Program-made: the position numbers and the translations under genes
Assembly (NCBI GenBank): GCA_050239825.1
Contig: JBFXGO010000052.1
Span: 1-11,474 of the forward strand
Direction of reading: 5' to 3'
DNA length: 11,474 nucleotides
DNA from: a bacterium
GTDB taxonomy: Bacteria; Hydrothermota; 32-111
Notes under the pieces: model-generated
The model's input: only the letters and a program-made list of their open reading frames with translations
Told to the model about the DNA's origin: nothing
Database searches by the model: none
In this document: piece by piece, positions 8,539-11,474 of the stretch
Layout of the letters: each line of letters starts with the position of its first letter
How positions within the stretch are numbered: the stretch's first letter is position 1

Positions 8539-8896
8539 CTTTGTCCCCCATTCTGTTTATATTGAGAGTCTTGTAATTGCTGTATAGCCTCACTGCAAGA
8601 GCGATTCCAAGAGCAGTTGTGCCCACTCCTATAACGATTGCAGTCAAAACAAGAGAGTGGGGGAGAGGGTCGGAAATATTGCTTCCGGTCAAGTTCACCT
8701 GTTTCAATGAATCGCTGAGTATTGGAGCCGCCGAACCTGAAATGTAGCCTAATCCGACAAGAAAAATATTCACTGCTGTCTCAGTTATGCTTACAGCAAT
8801 AAGCATTTTAATGATATTTCTTTTTGTCAGAATCCCATAGAGCCCTGTAAGAAAGAGAACTATGGACATCACATATATCAATCTGTTGTCAATCAT
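8528..8896 (-). CDS. mbxG: MbxG / MrpC(MnhC)-like subunit, 122 aa
   Basis: GLYGILTKRNIIK and DPLPHSLVLTAIVIG (MrpC signature); three hydrophobic segments. Confidence 0.93.
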   Translation of the reverse strand: MIDNRLIYVMSIVLFLTGLYGILTKRNIIKMLIAVSITETAVNIFLVGLGYISGSAAPILSDSLKQVNLTGSNISDPLPHSLVLTAIVIGVGTTALGIALAVRLYSNYKTLNINRMGDKDEL

Positions 8897-9713
8897 CTTT
8901 CTCTCCGGTGTAAAGATTTCTCATTCCGACAGAGAGCTCAGAACCCACCTTTATTCCTATAAGGGAATAAACAATAACTATTAAAAATGAGCTGAAAAAC
9001 TCTCCCACGATTCCATTGGGAATGAAATTAGCAAAGAATGAATCTTTGAATATGAGTCCTGCCAATGCGAGGACTATGATTATTGCTCCTGCAGATGTTT
9101 CAACAGCTTTGAATCTTTTGCTTCTGTATTTATATGTTCCTGATGTCACGAACATCAGGAGAAATCCTGTTGCAATTACTGCTCCTCCGGGGAAACCTCC
9201 TCCCGGAGTCAGATGTCCGTGAATGAATATATAGATTCCCGTAAGCATTATTATGGGAACAAGGAATTTTGCTCCGGCGCTTTGAATTAGTGATTCATTC
9301 ATTACTGGAAGAGCCGGAAGACCGGACATCAGAAGAGCCACTCCGAGAATCGATATGAAAAGAACAGTTATCTCGCCCAGTGTGTCAAATGCTCTGTAAT
9401 CAAGCACAATTGAAGTCACGAGATTCGCAGGTCCTGTTTCGGCATTCCTTGTCTCTTTATATGTTACATAATTGCATTTCACTTCCTCTCTGCATGTGTA
9501 ATAGTCACCCTGACACTCCTCTACGGATTTGGACGCCTCATTGACATTCTTCAATGCATAGTGGAGAGAGACCCTCTCTTTAAGATTTTCAAGCTTCGGG
9601 TTTACTTTTATGCCTGATTCTGTTTCAAAGAAAGGTGAAATCATGAATAAGCCGAGCACTGCGACTATTATGAGCGCAAAGAATCTGCCTGTATTGAAAT
9701 TTGTCTCTCTCAT
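8889..9713 (-). CDS. mbxF: Fused MbxE/F (MrpB/MnhB-like) subunit, 274 aa
   Basis: NLVTSIVLDYRAFDTLGE (MbhE / MrpA C-terminal motif) and HGHLTPGGGFPGG (MrpB motif) in one polypeptide. Confidence 0.88.
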   Translation of the reverse strand: MRETNFNTGRFFALIIVAVLGLFMISPFFETESGIKVNPKLENLKERVSLHYALKNVNEASKSVEECQGDYYTCREEVKCNYVTYKETRNAETGPANLVTSIVLDYRAFDTLGEITVLFISILGVALLMSGLPALPVMNESLIQSAGAKFLVPIIMLTGIYIFIHGHLTPGGGFPGGAVIATGFLLMFVTSGTYKYRSKRFKAVETSAGAIIIVLALAGLIFKDSFFANFIPNGIVGEFFSSFLIVIVYSLIGIKVGSELSVGMRNLYTGEKDD

Positions 9714-9958
9714 TTGTCCTCCCTCTCTGTTCTTCTTACTCCGAAGACATAGATTGCAGTGGTGAGAGCCGCTCCAACAGCCGCTTCGGTTATTGCGACA
9801 TCAGGAGCATTGAGAATGAAAAAGACTATTGATGCACAAAGACTCATCACCCCAAGCGATATGACGCAAAAGAGAAGGTCTTTTGAAAATATTGCATAGA
9901 GAGCGGAAAGAAAAATGAGAATGAAGAGGAATATAAATATTATAAGTAAGAGCATCAT
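9710..9958 (-). CDS. mbxD: MbxD / MbhD-like small membrane subunit (DUF4040-like), 82 aa
   Basis: LNAPDVAITEAAVGA signature; three hydrophobic segments; 4-bp overlaps on both sides. Confidence 0.92.
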   Translation of the reverse strand: MMLLLIIFIFLFILIFLSALYAIFSKDLLFCVISLGVMSLCASIVFFILNAPDVAITEAAVGAALTTAIYVFGVRRTEREDK

Positions 9959-10275
9959 CCCTCCTTATTTTCTGATTCAAGTGAATCGAATTCGTCTTTA
10001 TTCAATTTAATTCCTGATTTGTGAGTTGCTCTTGCAAGGGAATGGGATGCTATTGGAGAAGTGAATAGAATGAAAAATGCAATTACAATGCATTTCAGCA
10101 TCCATGACGGGTATAAAAATCCCACTCCGACTATTGAGGCGAATGCGCCGAGAGTGGTCGCCTTTGTGGATGTTTGAAGGCGATTGTAAATATCCTTCAT
10201 CCTAACTATCCCCAAAGCTCCCAAAAAAGAGAAGGCGACTCCTATGAATATTAATATATATGCAATTATATTCAT
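9955..10275 (-). CDS. mbxC: MbxC / MrpG(MnhG)-like subunit, 106 aa
   Basis: GIVRMKDIYNRLQTSTKATTLG and TSPIASHSLARA (MrpG signatures). Confidence 0.93.
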   Translation of the reverse strand: MNIIAYILIFIGVAFSFLGALGIVRMKDIYNRLQTSTKATTLGAFASIVGVGFLYPSWMLKCIVIAFFILFTSPIASHSLARATHKSGIKLNKDEFDSLESENKEG

Positions 10276-10535
10276 TTTGCCTTCCTCTCTTCAAGGTATC
10301 TTGCTATAACAAGAACAGAGACGAATGACAGAATTGCATACACAAGGGATATGTCAAGAAGCAAAGCTGATTTCATCAGAGCGGAGAGAAGAACCAATCC
10401 TCCGCTTGTGACTGTAGTGAACATATCAAGAGCAATCACTCTATCCTGAATCTTCGGACCGAGCATGAATCTGATAATTATCAGTATGACAGAGAGTCCT
10501 AAAATCAAAAACCACAAAGAATATAGTGTATTCAT
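10272..10535 (-). CDS. mbxB: MbxB / MrpF(MnhF)-like subunit, 87 aa
   Basis: RFMLGPKIQDRVIALD, LDISLVYAILSF, IARYLE (MrpF signatures). Confidence 0.93.
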   Translation of the reverse strand: MNTLYSLWFLILGLSVILIIIRFMLGPKIQDRVIALDMFTTVTSGGLVLLSALMKSALLLDISLVYAILSFVSVLVIARYLEERKAK

Positions 10536-11038
10536 ATTGCGAACCTCTTTATCCTGTCTTCAAAAGGTTTCACTATGCTTTTGTATGCATTCTCTTCGGA
10601 AATGTCTTTGATGTCAATGCAATGCACATAAACAGTATTGCCGATAATATCCACGGTTAGAGTGCCCGGTGTGAGAGTTATTGAATTGGCGAGAATGGAT
10701 TTTGCAAATTCCGATTCAAGAATTGTCTTGCAAGACACTATGGCGGGAGTGATTGCAATTTTGGGTGAAAGTACAATCTTCGCAACTTGAAGATTCGCCT
10801 TCAGAATTTCAAAAAGAAGGAAAAAAAGGTAGGCGAAGAGGTTAAGCAGAGAGAGCAAAAGGGGGTCCCTAAACGAATATAATGCAAACATCCTGTGAAA
10901 AAATATAGAGATCAGCAAAGAGGCGATTACGCCCGCTATTGCTTCCTGAATGTTGAATGGGAATGTGAGCATCATAAAGATAATGAAAAGAAAAAGGAAC
11001 CCGGTCAAATTTTTCGAAAGATAGTTGATTTCTTTCAT
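10532..11038 (-). CDS. mbxA: MbxA / MrpE(MnhE)-like subunit, 168 aa
   Basis: EILKANLQVA and LANSITLTPGTLTVD...YVH (MrpE signatures). SD AAGGAG just upstream at 11043-11048. Confidence 0.93.
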   Translation of the reverse strand: MKEINYLSKNLTGFLFLFIIFMMLTFPFNIQEAIAGVIASLLISIFFHRMFALYSFRDPLLLSLLNLFAYLFFLLFEILKANLQVAKIVLSPKIAITPAIVSCKTILESEFAKSILANSITLTPGTLTVDIIGNTVYVHCIDIKDISEENAYKSIVKPFEDRIKRFAI

Positions 11039-11064
11039 ACTTCTCCTTTGGATTTAATAAATTT

Positions 11065-11092
11065 ATTTTAACTCTTTTATTTGAAATGTCAA
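11065..11092 (-). promoter_or_regulatory. Candidate sigma70-type promoter of the mbx operon
   Basis: Minus strand TTGACA (11092-11087), 16-nt spacer, TAAAAT (11070-11065); 26 nt upstream of the mbxA ATG. Confidence 0.6.
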
Positions 11093-11094
11093 TA

Positions 11095-11115
11095 GTGAAA
11101 ATATATTTATTTCAC
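11095..11115. promoter_or_regulatory. Inverted repeat GTGAAA-N9-TTTCAC, candidate transcription-factor site
   Basis: GTGAAA ATATATTTA TTTCAC, 2 bp upstream of the operon's candidate -35 box. Confidence 0.45.
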
Positions 11116-11163
11116 AAAGCCGAAAAGTAATGAAGGAGACAAGATGCACATAAACAGAGGGAC

Positions 11164-11192
11164 TTGACATTTTAATGGAAAAAACATATACT
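11164..11192 (+). promoter_or_regulatory. Near-consensus sigma70-type promoter of the marR-family gene
   Basis: TTGACA (11164-11169), 17-nt spacer, TATACT (11187-11192); 34 nt upstream of the ATG at 11227. Confidence 0.75.
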
Positions 11193-11204
11193 TAACAATG
11201 TTAA
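11192..11204. promoter_or_regulatory. Perfect palindrome TTAACA-A-TGTTAA over the -10/+1 region; candidate MarR autoregulatory operator
   Basis: Read directly from the sequence. Its position overlapping the promoter is typical of MarR-family autorepression. Confidence 0.55.
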
Positions 11205-11226
11205 CAAAATAATAAAGCAGGAGTAA

Positions 11227-11474
11227 ATGAAGAAATACTGCGAACTCAAGCATGTCTTCAAAGAGATTTACTTTCTTGAAGCATTGCTTCAAAGAGAGGT
11301 CGGGATGTCAATAAACCAGATAATGGTCCTATGCTCTCTCTCAGAAAAGAGTGCTTCGATATCAGAACTGGCAAAAGAGTTGTGGGTCTCATTGCCGAGA
11401 ATGTCAAAGATTGCGACTGACCTTGAAAAGCAGGGGTACATAAAGAGAGTGCAGGACAAAAATGACCTTAGGCG
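11227..11474 (+). CDS. MarR-family winged-helix transcriptional regulator (5' part, runs off the window)
   Basis: Manual translation: MKKYCELKHVFKEIYFLEALLQREVGMSINQIMVLCSLSEKSASISELAKELWVSLPRMSKIATDLEKQGYIKRVQDKNDLR. It shows an HTH (ISELAKEL...MSKI), LEKQGYIKR and the wing DxR motif. SD AGGAG at 11219-11223. Missed by the ORF track because no stop lies in the window. Confidence 0.9.
   Translation, partial: MKKYCELKHVFKEIYFLEALLQREVGMSINQIMVLCSLSEKSASISELAKELWVSLPRMSKIATDLEKQGYIKRVQDKNDLR

Noticed and set aside
168..9222. Plus-strand ORFs (e.g. 168-383, 864-1337, 2230-2631, 6552-6893, 7973-8278, 9016-9222) and the nested minus-strand ORF 3924-4154
   Set aside because: These are antisense or alternate-frame shadows of well-supported genes, with no recognisable motifs.
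7015..11038. Stand-alone Mrp/Mnh Na+/H+ antiporter operon
   Set aside because: There is no full-length MrpA, the order is E-F-G-(DUF4040)-B-C-D as in Mbh/Mbx, and the genes are translationally coupled to redox subunits.
11093..11118. Canonical Rex or CRP/FNR box
   Set aside because: The half-site spacing is too long for either; kept only as an unassigned palindrome.
11107..11292. 61-aa minus-strand ORF
   Set aside because: It overlaps the marR start and promoter on the opposite strand and has no recognisable motif.
1..11474. CRISPR array, tRNA/rRNA, riboswitch, frameshifted pseudogene
   Set aside because: I saw no periodic repeats. The non-coding space is only 29 and 188 bp plus tiny gaps, the mbx leader is too short for a riboswitch, and all operon frames appear intact.

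Overview
Almost the whole window (188-11038, minus strand) is one tightly coupled 13-gene operon. It encodes an Mrp-antiporter/complex-I-like membrane oxidoreductase of the Mbx/Mbs (membrane-bound sulfane-sulfur reductase) type, in the order mbxA-B-C-D-EF-G-H-H'-M-J-K-L-N. It is not a [NiFe] hydrogenase: the large subunit keeps only two Cys (C77xxE, C372xxD). The last gene fuses the 2x[4Fe-4S] MbxN/NuoI domain to a GltD/SudA-like FAD/NAD(P)H oxidoreductase, giving a built-in pyridine-nucleotide module. I recall the same architecture from Thermotogae, so it is poorly characterised rather than certainly new. A partial MarR-family regulator gene, absent from the ORF track, is transcribed divergently from 11227. 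The 188-bp intergenic region carries two back-to-back sigma70-type promoters and two palindromes. The left edge holds the 3' end of a convergent ORF, tentatively a RAYT/IS200-like transposase tail, followed by a tandem 8-mer and an ACCGTCCCC motif abutting the operon's last stop codon. Sigma70-type promoters and Shine-Dalgarno sites point to a bacterium, probably anaerobic. All family assignments come from motif recognition, not database searches.
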